64,000 nt of DNA from Dendrobates tinctorius (Eukaryota): NCBI RefSeq assembly GCF_039654945.1, contig NW_027361687.1, positions 23,312,001 to 23,376,000 on the forward strand. The letters are read 5' to 3'. Position numbers and translations under genes: made by a program. The notes beneath the pieces were generated by a model that had not been told where the DNA came from, made no database searches, and was given only the letters and a program-made list of their open reading frames with translations. Position 1 is the first letter of the stretch. Every line of letters starts with the position of its first letter. Shown here in pieces: positions 36,201-47,900 of the stretch.

Positions 36201-38908
36201 GGGAGACAATCATGAAAACAGCCACTACCCAGTGAGCAGAGGTGCACTGTTCTGGGTCCATACACTGAGCATTTTGGCATGTGTCTGCCAATCAATATGC
36301 AGGTGAACAATGCTCTCAGCATCCACCCCGATGACTGGAAGATGATAACCTCCATGTCACCAACATAACATGATTTACACGCCATTTACCAGCAGATTAA
36401 CCCTATATAAACAGATAAATACCATTTTTTCTGGAGGCGAGAGGTTTCCTTTAAAAAAGGTTGGTGGAATGCCATACCCAGAGACATTAAGACATGTCCG
36501 TTATCTTGGAGAAAAGTCGGCTTTAATAGCAACTTAATTACTTTGTGCACATATATCAAAGGTCAGTCTAGAAAGCTATTGATCACTCTATACCTAGGCC
36601 AGTAGCTATGACAAGGGTTGTCTACTGCAGGTAAAGGAAAGAAGGATTCAGTACACTTTATTTCATCAGTTTATATAGATTTAGTTACTAGTAGAGAAGA
36701 AATTTGCAAGACCCTGGTCCATTGCCCAGGTCAGCAGTCCATGGCTGCTGGACTGGAGCACTGTTGCCCACTTCCTACCTGCATCCCCAGCTCTACTTTT
36801 GATTAGCTGGAATGGACAGACGTCATATTGATGACATCACACCAGACCGGTTAATCAATAGAGCAGGAAGTCAGTGTGTTGGATCTTCAGCCAATGGCTG
36901 CAGAGCACTAAGTCAGTGTGGTGGATCATCAGCCAATGGCTACAGAGCAGGAAGTCAGTGTGGTGGATCATCAGCCAATGGCTGCAGAGCACTAAGTCAG
37001 TGTGGTGGATCATCAGCCAATGGCTACAGAGCAGGAAGTCAGTGTGGTGGATCATCAGCCAATGGCTACAGAGCAGGAAGTCAGTGTGTTGGATCTTCAG
37101 CCAATGGCTACAGAGCAGGAAGTCAGTGTGGTGGATCTTCAGCCAATGGCTACAGATCAGGAAGTCAGTGTGGTGGGTCTTCAGCCAATGGCTTCAGAGC
37201 AGGAAGTCAGTGTGGTGGGTCTTCAGCCAATGGCTACAGAGCAGGAAGTCAGTGTGGTGGATCTTCAGCCAATGGCTAAAGAACAGGAAGTCAGTGTGGT
37301 GGATCTTCAGCCAATGGCTACAGAGCAGAAAGTCAGTGTGGTGGATCTTCAGCCAATGGCTACAGAGCAGAAAGTCAGTGTGGTGGCATCATAGATCTCT
37401 CTCTATTTTTTCTACAAGTAAATGTGTGGCATTCTGGACTTCACTCAGGAGAGCACTTTGAGCCCTACCACTGTGGGGCACTGCTGACAATTACAACATA
37501 TTTTTGTGTCACTTAGCACTCTCTTGGGATGGAGGACACTTATTTTGAAGAAACACATGCCTCTTTTTTGCCGTATACAAGTAATGATCCCCTGATGACC
37601 TCTCACTATTGAGAAAGTAACTCGTTGGGAGGGATTTTTTTCTGGGGTTACTATTAGAGCCAACATTGGCACTGTCTTTTTTAAGGCAGGAGCAAAAATA
37701 TGGGGCACAAATGGGCAAACAAGGGAATTTGGACCTGTCTATCCCTGGAATCTTACAGAACTGGATTTTCCCTTGGCTCAAATGGATTCTATGCTATCTG
37801 TATCCTAATCCTGTCTGAACGTGGCCTAAACAAGGGAAATCTAATCTGTGGACTTTTTTTTTTTTTTTTTTTTACAATATCTGATAAAATAGATCTTGAA
37901 CTTACAGTATGGGTTGAAGGCAGTTTATTTCCTAGTTTTACTTCTTTGCGGTCACTGACAGATCTATGTTGATTAGAGAGGTCATTATAGCCACTTGCTT
38001 CATCCAGAAAAACCTCTTCCGAGAGCTGCAAGGAGCAACATAAAGTCATATTACGGTATATGGAAATCAGAAAATCTATCAAATTTATAAACATAAATCT
38101 AAAGCTAAAATAACAAATGTTACATAAAATAGAAATATTTTACAATTATGTGTCATTTAATCGATGTCTAGCACAACCTAAAGTATTAGAAAAGTGGATT
38201 TGTAAACGCCCCTCGTAAGAAAACATCCAAAACAGCAAATGTGGGTGGGCCGCACAACACAGGTGGTGTAGAAATATATTGTTCTATGCCGCTACTACAT
38301 CTTAGCAGGTAAATGGTGTCAGATTGCAACTGCGGTTGCAAAAAAATTGAATTTTCTTATGACTTTTTTGTTGACCCCCCTTCACTTAAATAATGCTGCA
38401 ATGCAGCAGCAATGTAAAACCTGACCTGATTTAGGATTTTATGTACAGCCTCCTCTTCCGTTTCTTCGTCACTGTCTGGTAGTTTGATGTTGTCCAAGGT
38501 AACTGAAAATGGTGAAAAATTTAACTTTTATACAGTTAATGAAAGTAATGTTCCTTCACTAGGACATTATTGTTGTCAGATACATTGCTATTCCGAATCA
38601 TGGATATGAGGAGTGGTGTTTCCATGCATGTACAGCAGCCAATGTCTCGTACTGCGACACTAAAGGGTGGAGTCAGGTTCTTCCTTTATAGAACATACCA
38701 TGTTTTTTGGACCATAGCATGCACTTTTCAGCAAGAAAAAACCTTGCTAAAAAGTGTGTGCGTCTTATAGTCCGGAGAGAGGGAGTTACCTATGACAGAA
38801 AAGAGGGATTTTTGGTACTCACCATAAAAGGTCTTTCTTGAAGCCTTCATTGGGGGGACACAGGTAACCATGGGTGTATGCTGCTGTTGCTAGGAGCCTG
38901 ACACTGGG

Positions 38909-38940
<32 letters not shown>

Positions 38941-41900
38941 GCTTCTCCCCAGCAGTATACACCCACCTACAGGCACCAAGTACCTCAGTTGGTGTAAAAG
39001 CAGTAGGAGAAGCAACAGGAACTCAACATTTGTATCAACCCAACAACAAGGCACATAGGCCCAAAAAACGGTACGAACAATTAGGGAGGGTGCTGTGTCC
39101 CCCAATGAAGGCTCCAAGAAAGATTTTACGGTGAGTACCAAAAATCCCTCTTTCTTTATCGCTTCATTAGGGGACACAGATAACCAAGGGATGTCCAAAA
39201 GCAGTCTCAAGGGTGGGAACAGAAAGAACGCCAAGAAAATGGACTTAGGTCGGCCGGTGCGCAACCGCGCCTGCAGTACTTTCTTTCCCAAGCCTGCATC
39301 AGACGAGACATGGGTATGAACCCCGTAAAACCTTCCAAAGGTGTGCAAGGACGACCAGGTCACGGCCTTGCAAATTTGTAAGGCCGAAACCGGTGACGAA
39401 CAGCCCAGGAAGCCCCCATGGCCCAGGTGGAGTGAGCCCTCACTCCCGAAGGAGGCTGTTTGTCCTGAACGCAGTAAGCCTCCAGTATCGCCGAACTAAT
39501 TCAACGGGCGATAGTGGATATAGAAGCTGGGATCCTCTTGACGACCTTCAGAGGTGACCAACAGGGAATAGGATTGATGAAAGGAAGCAGTCCTAGAAAG
39601 ATCGACTCGAATGGCTCTGTCCAAATCCAGCTTGTGGAGGGACTTCTCCAGGGAATGAACCGGGGAAGGACATAAAGAGTGAAGGACAATGTCCTCATTG
39701 ATGTGAAAAGAAGAGACCACCTTGGGAAGAAAGGAAGGAACGGGTCTGAGAACTACCTTGTCCTGATGTAGAATCAGGAATGGGGGAACGACAGGATAAT
39801 GCTGCTAACTCGGATACTCTCCTAACAGACGTAATGGCAATTAGGAAGGCCACCTTCCATGACAGAAAAGAAAATATCCTGAATGGGTTCGAAGGGCGCA
39901 TGTTGGAGGGCACCGAGAACGAGATTAAGATCCCATGAATCTATCGGAGGATGGTAAGGTGGTGCCAGATGGGCAACACCCTGAAGAATGGTCTTCACTT
40001 GAGAAAGGGAAGCCAGATCCCTCTGGAAAAAGATAGAGCGGAAACCTGACCTTTAAGGGTACTGAGGGATAGACCTGAGTCGAGACCTGCTTGAAGAAAG
40101 CCCAGGATAGAAGGAAGGGAAAAAAAGTCATTGGAAACAAGTTGTTCTCCTCGCACCAGCAGAAGAAAGCCTTCCAATACCTGTGCTAAATGCGCGAGGA
40201 TGCTGGTTTTCTCACCCTAATCATGGTCTGAATGACCTGGTGAGAAAAACCAGCCTCCTTCAGAACTGCGGCTTCAACGGCCATGCCGGTAAACTCAGAC
40301 TGAAATCTCTGGTGGAAAAGCGGGCCTTGTGAGAGAAGATCTGGACGGTCTGGAAGCCTCCAGGGAACAACCCAAAGTATGTTTACTAGCTAAGCATACC
40401 AAGGTTGTCTCGGCCAGTCTGGAGCCATCAGGATCTTGGAAATCCCTTCTGCCTTTATCTTTTTTATGATCCTCGGAATCAAGGGGAGAGGCGGAAAAAG
40501 ATAAGACAGCTGAAACTGGGACCACGGGGTTACTAAGGTGTCGCAACCGATGGCCAGCGGATCCCGTGATCTTGCTACGAGAAGAGGATCCTTGTGGTTC
40601 ATCCGAGACGCAATGAGGTCGTCATCCAGAGTGCCCCATCTTTGACATATTTGGTTGAAGACTGCGGGATTGAGAGACCACTCGCCTGATGCGAGGCCCT
40701 GCCGACTCAGGAAATCGGCTGACCAATTTTCTACCACCGGAACGTGAATGGCTGAAATGGCGGGGATGTGACGTTCCGCCCATCGCAGAATTCTTGTCAC
40801 CTCTGCCATGATTTGTTTGCTGCGTGTCCTACCATGGTAGATTATGTAAGCCACGGCCGTGGCGTTGTCCGATTGAATGCGAACCGGCCTGCCTGCTAGG
40901 AGAAAGAACACCGTGAGCACAACTCAAGATGGTGCTAAGGTTAGGTTCCCAAACCGTTAAAGCAACAAATATGAACTTAGCACTCAACTTAAAGGTATTT
41001 GTAAGGCGGTTTATTGTAGTACACGAAAAAAGACGTTTCGGTCAATGTGACCTTCTTCAGTTACGTGTGGTATATAGATTGTGTAGAGCTTATAGGCATC
41101 TATCAGAAAGGACGATGATGCTTTAGGCATTGAGGAGACGGTGGACACCGCATCTGGAGGCACGTTTGCCCCTCTCCTATATACTGACAAGCTCATTACC
41201 TTAGAGAGATCATTCTCCTCAATGCCTAAAGCATCATCGTCCTGATAGATGCCTATAAGCTCTACACAATCTATATACCACACGTAACTGAAGAAGGTCA
41301 CATTGACCGAAACGTCTTTTCGTGTACTACAATAAACCGCCTTACAAATACCTTTAAGTTGAGTGCTAGGTTCATATTTGTTGCCTGCTAGGAGAGACTG
41401 CCAGCGGAGAAGGGCAAGGAAGACTGTCCTGATCTCCAGAAGATTGATGGGGAGGAGGGCTTCCTGAGTGTTCCAGCGACCCTGCGCTGTGTGCTGAAGG
41501 AAAACCGTTCCCCACCCGAGGGGACTAGTGTCTGTGGTGATGACCTGCCACCGAAGAGGAAGAAAGGACCTCTCCCGCAGGACTGAGGTGGATAGTGTCC
41601 ACCAGGTCAGGGACTGCCTCACATTGAGAGTCAGAAGCACAGGTCAGTCTAGGGAGGCCGTTCTCTTTTCCCAGGCTGACAGGAAGGTCAGCTGAAGAGG
41701 ATGGGTGTGGAAGTGGGCGAAGGGCACAGCCTCCATGGAGGCAATCATCTTCCCCAGGACTCTCATGCAGGACCGAAGGGGGGAGAGGGACTGGACGCTT
41801 CAGGGATCTAAAGCCCGTGTCGTGTCAAACTCCATGCCCAGGGACACCATGCGCTCAGTTGGGATCAAGGAGGATTTCTCCCTGTTGACTATCCAGCCGA

Positions 41901-44900
41901 GAAGCACCAGAGTGTCCAGAGTGACCTGAAGACTCTGATCGCAGTCTCGGCGGTATGGCCCTTTGATCAGTAGATCGTCCAGGTAAGGGATTATGAGAAT
42001 CCCCTTGAAGTGAAGGAAGGCCATGACAGCTTCCATAATCTTCGTGAAGACCCTGGGTGAAAACGCCAGGCCAAAAGGAAGGGCCGTGAACTGATAATGA
42101 TCCTCCTGGATCGCAAACCGAAGGAATCTCTGATGCTGTACACAAACAGGAACGTGAAGATAAGCATCCTGAATGTCTACAGAACAAAGACATTCTCCTG
42201 GTTCCATGAAGGCGATCCCAGAGCGTAAGGACTCCATCCTGAAGTGGCAGATCCGAACTGTTTGAGGTCCAAGATCGGGCGGAGCGAACAGTCTTTTTTC
42301 GGGACTACAAAAAGGTTGGAGTAGAACCCTGAAAACCGCTCGTTCCAAGGAACGGGTACGATTACTCCTGTGTTTAGAAGGGAAGAGACTGACTGGAGAA
42401 CCCCTGGAGCTTGTGGCGGCTGTTTTGGTGGGCAAGACAAAAAGAAGAGTGGGGGGAAAGAAAAGTCGATCTCGCAGCTGGACGTAACGATCTCTCTGAC
42501 CCAGGCGTCGTCGATTACTGACAACCATGCATCCCTGAAGAGAAGAAGCCGGCCTTTCATCCTGGAAAGACTTCCAGGTGGGGGTGACTCGTCACTTAGA
42601 GGAGAACCTGTGATTGCGGGACCCAGAGGGCTTGGAGAAGCGGCTCTTTGGCCTCCAGTGAGGAGCTGGTTTGAAGGATGGTTTCCTTCTTTTCCTTGGG
42701 GTGGAAGAACGGTCCTGCTGGGAGGAGGCTCCTGAAGAAGAGAAAGGTCAAAAGGAACGAAAAGGCAGTTGTCCTNNNNNNNNNNNNNNNNNNNNNNNNN
42801 NNNNNNNNNNNNNNNNNNNNNNNNNNNNNNNNNNNNNNNNNNNNNNNNNNNNNNNNNNNNNNNNNNNNNNNNNNNNNNNNNNNNNNNNNNNNNNNNNNNN
42901 NNNNNNNNNNNNNNNNNNNNNNNNNNNNNNNNNNNNNNNNNNNNNNNNNNNNNNNNNNNNNNNNNNNNNNNNNNNNNNNNNNNNNNNNNNNNNNNNNNNN
43001 NNNNNNNNNNNNNNNNNNNNNNNNNNNNNNNNNNNNNNNNNNNNNNNNNNNNNNNNNNNNNNNNNNNNNNNNNNNNNNNNNNNNNNNNNNNNNNNNNNNN
43101 NNNNNNNNNNNNNNNNNNNNNNNNNNNNNNNNNNNNNNNNNNNNNNNNNNNNNNNNNNNNNNNNNNNNNNNNNNNNNNNNNNNNNNNNNNNNNNNNNNNN
43201 NNNNNNNNNNNNNNNNNNNNNNNNNNNNNNNNNNNNNNNNNNNNNNNNNNNNNNNNNNNNNNNNNNNNNNNNNNNNNNNNNNNNNNNNNNNNNNNNNNNN
43301 NNNNNNNNNNNNNNNNNTCTTGGAGATGGGAATACCTCATTAATTACACAGTTTCCCAGATCTGTAGTAGTCCAGCACCATATACCAATCACATGACCAG
43401 AAAACCACATTTGAAAGTATATTTGAAATGGTATTGCTTTTCACAGCATTATCATTTTACTTGGAACTGGAATACCTCTTTAAAAAGTATCGGTCACTAG
43501 GACAAAAGTGGCCATTTTGGCTTTTGTTTTATACTCACTCCTGACTATTAAGTCTTTCCACAGATATGGGCCTATTTCTGGTCTTTACGAGGAGGTGTGG
43601 CTCATGGGGTAATTATGAAAGCACCCTAAACACTCCCCTGAGGAATCCTGTAATAAGCAACGCCCCCTTGGTAAAGATCATAAAAAGTCACACACAAAAA
43701 AAAAAAAAAAAGTCCCATCTCTCTGGAACCATATGATGGAGTAAGAAAAAAAAAAAAAAGTGAAAACTCGGGATCAGTTGAAATAAAATAAGTGCAAAAA
43801 TTGCTGATTTTTGATTTGGTGACAAGTCCCCTTGAAGGCTGTGAGAATGAGAAGGTAAAGACACCGGACTGCTGGGTCCCATATAGTGTCTGCAGACATC
43901 TGATGATCATTACCGAAAGGAACGGTGTATATATTAGCGCTTTATGGAATTGGAATAAAAAAAATTTTTTTTATTGAACTCTGTGACAGCTCGTTGTTCT
44001 GATGCATCGTTCCAAGGAAGTATTAGCAAAGTCTTCTATACACTGAAGAACTTGAGAACCTCCATGAAACTTGAGAGTCCCTTTCCATCCTCTGCAAACA
44101 AGCTGTCACCGTAATTAGAGATCCACCTCCTCTGATATAGCAACTGGCAACGGAGATGGAAGAAACAGTGGTGGATACATTTACTAGAGTGGAAAGCTGC
44201 GAAAAAGTATTCTTCCTCCAGAACAAGCACTGCTCAAGGGGGATTCCTAAAATCGACAACGGGACCCTGTTCTGCCATAGGTGGGGTCCAGAGACAGTTA
44301 TAACATGCACAACTTGCAGGTAAAGCATACCTTGTGCATCAGGAACTAGGGGCCTTCAATGTGTTCTGAGGGCACTTCTTTTCCTTCTTTACAAAGTGAC
44401 TTTAGAAAAGTATTTGTACATTTTATAAACCAAGGGGGATCAGCAAATATGGCCGGTACCAGAAAATGACAATGTTGAACCCTGCGGCAAATCTGCCAAA
44501 TACATAAATCACAATAGAATCTGCACACATTATTAAATATATCTCCTATACCAGATGAGGCTGTGTGCTTACTATGACAGTGCATGTCAGAATGGCAGTA
44601 TAATCATATTTGAAAGTTTAAACTTACTTTACTCTCCACCCACCTAGTCTATTTGACAGCTCCTCAGTGTCCCTCTTCCCTGCTGAAATCTCACACTGCT
44701 CAGAACAAAGTGCAGCTGTCAGTCAAAAGACGGGTTGGTCTAGAGCCAAGGATGTCAAACTCAAATACGCAGGTGGGTCATAATTAAAAATTTGGACAAA
44801 ACCGTGGGCCATCCTTGATATTTATTACCCCATCACGCCATGGCTATTTTCAGTTTTTGCTTTTCCTCCCGTTCTTCCGAGAGCCATAACTTTTATATGT

Positions 44901-47900
44901 TAATCTAATATGGCCATATGGGGACTTGTTTTTTGCAGGACGAGTTGTACTTTTGAATGGCACCATTTGATTTTACCATATAGTTTACTGAAAACTAGAA
45001 ACAAAAATTCCAATTAGGACAACATGGCAAAAAAAAAGTTTTTTGGGGTTTTTCCATTTACCATGTTCACTATAAGGAAAAACTGAGTTGCCATTATGAT
45101 TCCTGCCGATGCAGTTGAAAGTGTGATGCTGGGTGGGAAGGGGTTCCGCCCAAGCAGTGGGGTCGCCTAGCATCGCGGCTCAAATGTACCCACTGTGCAA
45201 GCTGGGGGTTTGACATGTCTGGTCTGGTCTAGACTTAGTACTCTGATTCATGAGTTCCCTCACTCTTAGAGGACTTGACACTTGTTCAAAAGAAATTAAA
45301 TGGAATAAGTTGTAAAAAATCCCTGAGCTCCCTTGATTTTGAAACCACTTTTAATTTTGTGCTGTGTCACTCCATTACAGAGATATTAATATTTGTTTCT
45401 TATGGGGTGCAGTATGTGAAATTTCTGCTTGCAAACCAACCAAGCTTTTCTGCAGAGTCTTCTCCGAGGTTGTGCGCTTTCATCCCTCCCTCCCAGATGA
45501 TGCCAATCACAGCTCAGCAGTGTCTGAGGCTGCTGAGCTGTGATTCGAAGTGTCTATGAGGCAGGAGTGAAAGCACACGCCCCCAGAAAAGACTCTGAAG
45601 AATCGCCCAGCCGGTCTGAATAGCAGAGACTGCACATACTGCGCTCCAAAAACAACATATGTGAATATCTCTGCGATAGTGCAAGACATCGCAAATCGGA
45701 AAAAGAGGCAAGATTAAGAGAGCTCACAGATTTTTACAAGGTATTTATCTCAATTCTTTGACAGGTGACAAGTCCTCTTTAAGCTGGATTAAAACAACTC
45801 ATTTTAATATAGAGATTATTCAGCCATTCTGACAAGGAATAACAAAGTAACTACCCAAGCCTCATCCGGTCTAAGATTTATATAATAATGTATGCATTTT
45901 ATGTTGGTAAATCCGGTAGTGTGCATGCGTAACCAACAGTCCAATATTTCTATGAGAGTGATGGGACTAAGCACACGGTCAGTCCATAGAAGTGAATGGA
46001 GAAAAGCCGCTGGAGAGTGGGGTGGGGGGGACCTAACACGTGAGTGATGCTTATGCTATCTTTTTAATAATATCTAATTTTGCTCAGGTATCTGACAAAT
46101 GTGCCGATCTATAGAAGTGTTTGCTGGTACCTTTATCTGGATCTCTGCCTTGTAACGCCGCCAGCCTCTTTGCTATCGCCAACATTTTCTCTTGCCTTGT
46201 ATTCTCATCTTGCAGTTCTGTTGCAGCTTCACGCAAAATCTTGTCTTTTTCCCTTTCCAGATGCGTGGCATCTAATTCTATATTAAAGCTCGTCCAATTA
46301 TCCTCATGATTGGCTTTACTCAAGTCATTAACGGATGGAGGAGGAGATCCTGGAAGTAACATTGTAAAATGCAGAAAACTAAAAAATACTTTGTTGTATA
46401 TATAAGTATTATCAATAGTAGAAATGGAAGAAATTGTGAAAAAAAACAAATACCACTTTATGGTAAAACGTTTCAGAAGTAACTAAACATATATCCTGCG
46501 GACATTGCAAAATTAACAATTTTTTGTAATGGGCTTTATGCTCCTTTGGAGGCTGCTTTGAACTGCTGCTCAGCAAGATACGTATAATATGTTCAAACAG
46601 TCTGTTCATAGGGGTGAGGAACAGATAGGTTCCGACAGGGAAAGTTCTGTACCCAGTGTGAATATACTGTACTGATTTTGCCGAGCAGCAGTTAAAAGCA
46701 TAGTCTAAAGAAGCATAAATTGGACACTTAGAGAGAACTGCAAGTGCTTTGGAGATAAGGAAGCAAAATATGGTAATGAATTATATTACAAAAATTCATA
46801 ACTTTGCAATGTCGGGAGAATTGATAATATGTAAATCCTATTCTGCATCAGTAGAACATCACATGGGTAGATATAGCCAGTACTAGGTCTGCCTACTGGG
46901 AGGATAATAGAGTCATTATCCTCTATTTTTATTGTCTAAATGAGCTTCGAAATATTCAGTCATCTTCTTCATTATAGGCTTATTAGAAATGTGACAGGGC
47001 TGTCCAATAATCATCAGTAACTGTGATCAAAGTTTGTGTCATTCCCTTTCCTGCACGAGGAGACTTTAGTAAATAAAAAATGTAGTTTAGTTACTCTTTT
47101 CAGGGAACTGGTCACCATGAAAATGCATTCCAATCTGCAGGCACCGTGTTACAGAGCCAGGGGAGAGGAGTAGATTGATATATAGTTTTGGGAGAAACAT
47201 TCAGTATAACCTGTGTTTTCACCATCTAAAACTTTGCTCTTTCTGGAATTGTAGGTCCAATGGGCAGTCCTACTAGTGATTGACAGCTATCTCCATATGT
47301 ACACTTATACAGACATAGCTGTCAGTCACAGATTGTACCGCCACTGGACAGAAAGTCCCAGAAAGAACAGAGGTATAAGTGATGAAGACACAGGTTATTC
47401 TAAACCTTTTCTTACAGGACTATATATCAATCCGCTCAGCTGCTTCTGCTCTTTATCACGATACATGCAGAGTAGATTGCATTTTTAAAGTGTCAGGTTC
47501 TCTTTAAAGAAGCACTCACAAAAATTTTTATCCTCTTAATATATTTCAGTCATCAGACCCTGTCCTCGTGGTAGAAGCAGGTCCCATTGGTGGGATCCAA
47601 ATCTTCTATACATTTATGGCATATTATGTGGCTATGCACAAACATGAGATGGGAATACCCCTTTAGACACCAAGCATGTCATAAGTTAGAGAGTCACGAT
47701 CATTTCAAATATTTTTTGACAAGTCTCAGAGATATGTTAGAAGTAGTGATTAACAGGGGAATAAGTGGACTTCACTAATAAGTGCTGTGCTCGTTCAGCT
47801 TTCCCTTACAGCGGCGAGACCCTTTAATAGACTTGTAAATAGTGAATGTGCTGTGGACCCGAAAAAAATGTATTAAAAGGGGTTTTCCACTTTTGAGAAT

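Larger units (their letters stand above)
40904..41381. mobile_element. Palindromic Penelope-like non-autonomous insertion with two hammerhead motifs
   Basis: Inverted arms 40962-41138 and 41214-41384. Flanked by a 14-bp duplication TGCCTGCTAGGAGA (40890-40903, 41382-41395). It interrupts the DIRS RNase H frame. Confidence 0.8.
38800..42775 (-). mobile_element. DIRS-type tyrosine-recombinase retrotransposon (RT-RNase H-methyltransferase-YR), decayed, running into the gap
   Basis: [76 protein letters not shown]. Terminal inverted/complementary repeats at 38800-38862 vs 39095-39180. Confidence 0.93.

Noticed and set aside
36812-37461. Three overlapping repetitive ORFs
   Set aside because: Artefacts of the 42-bp minisatellite.
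31514-43500. ORFs containing long X runs
   Set aside because: They span assembly gaps and are not real reading frames.
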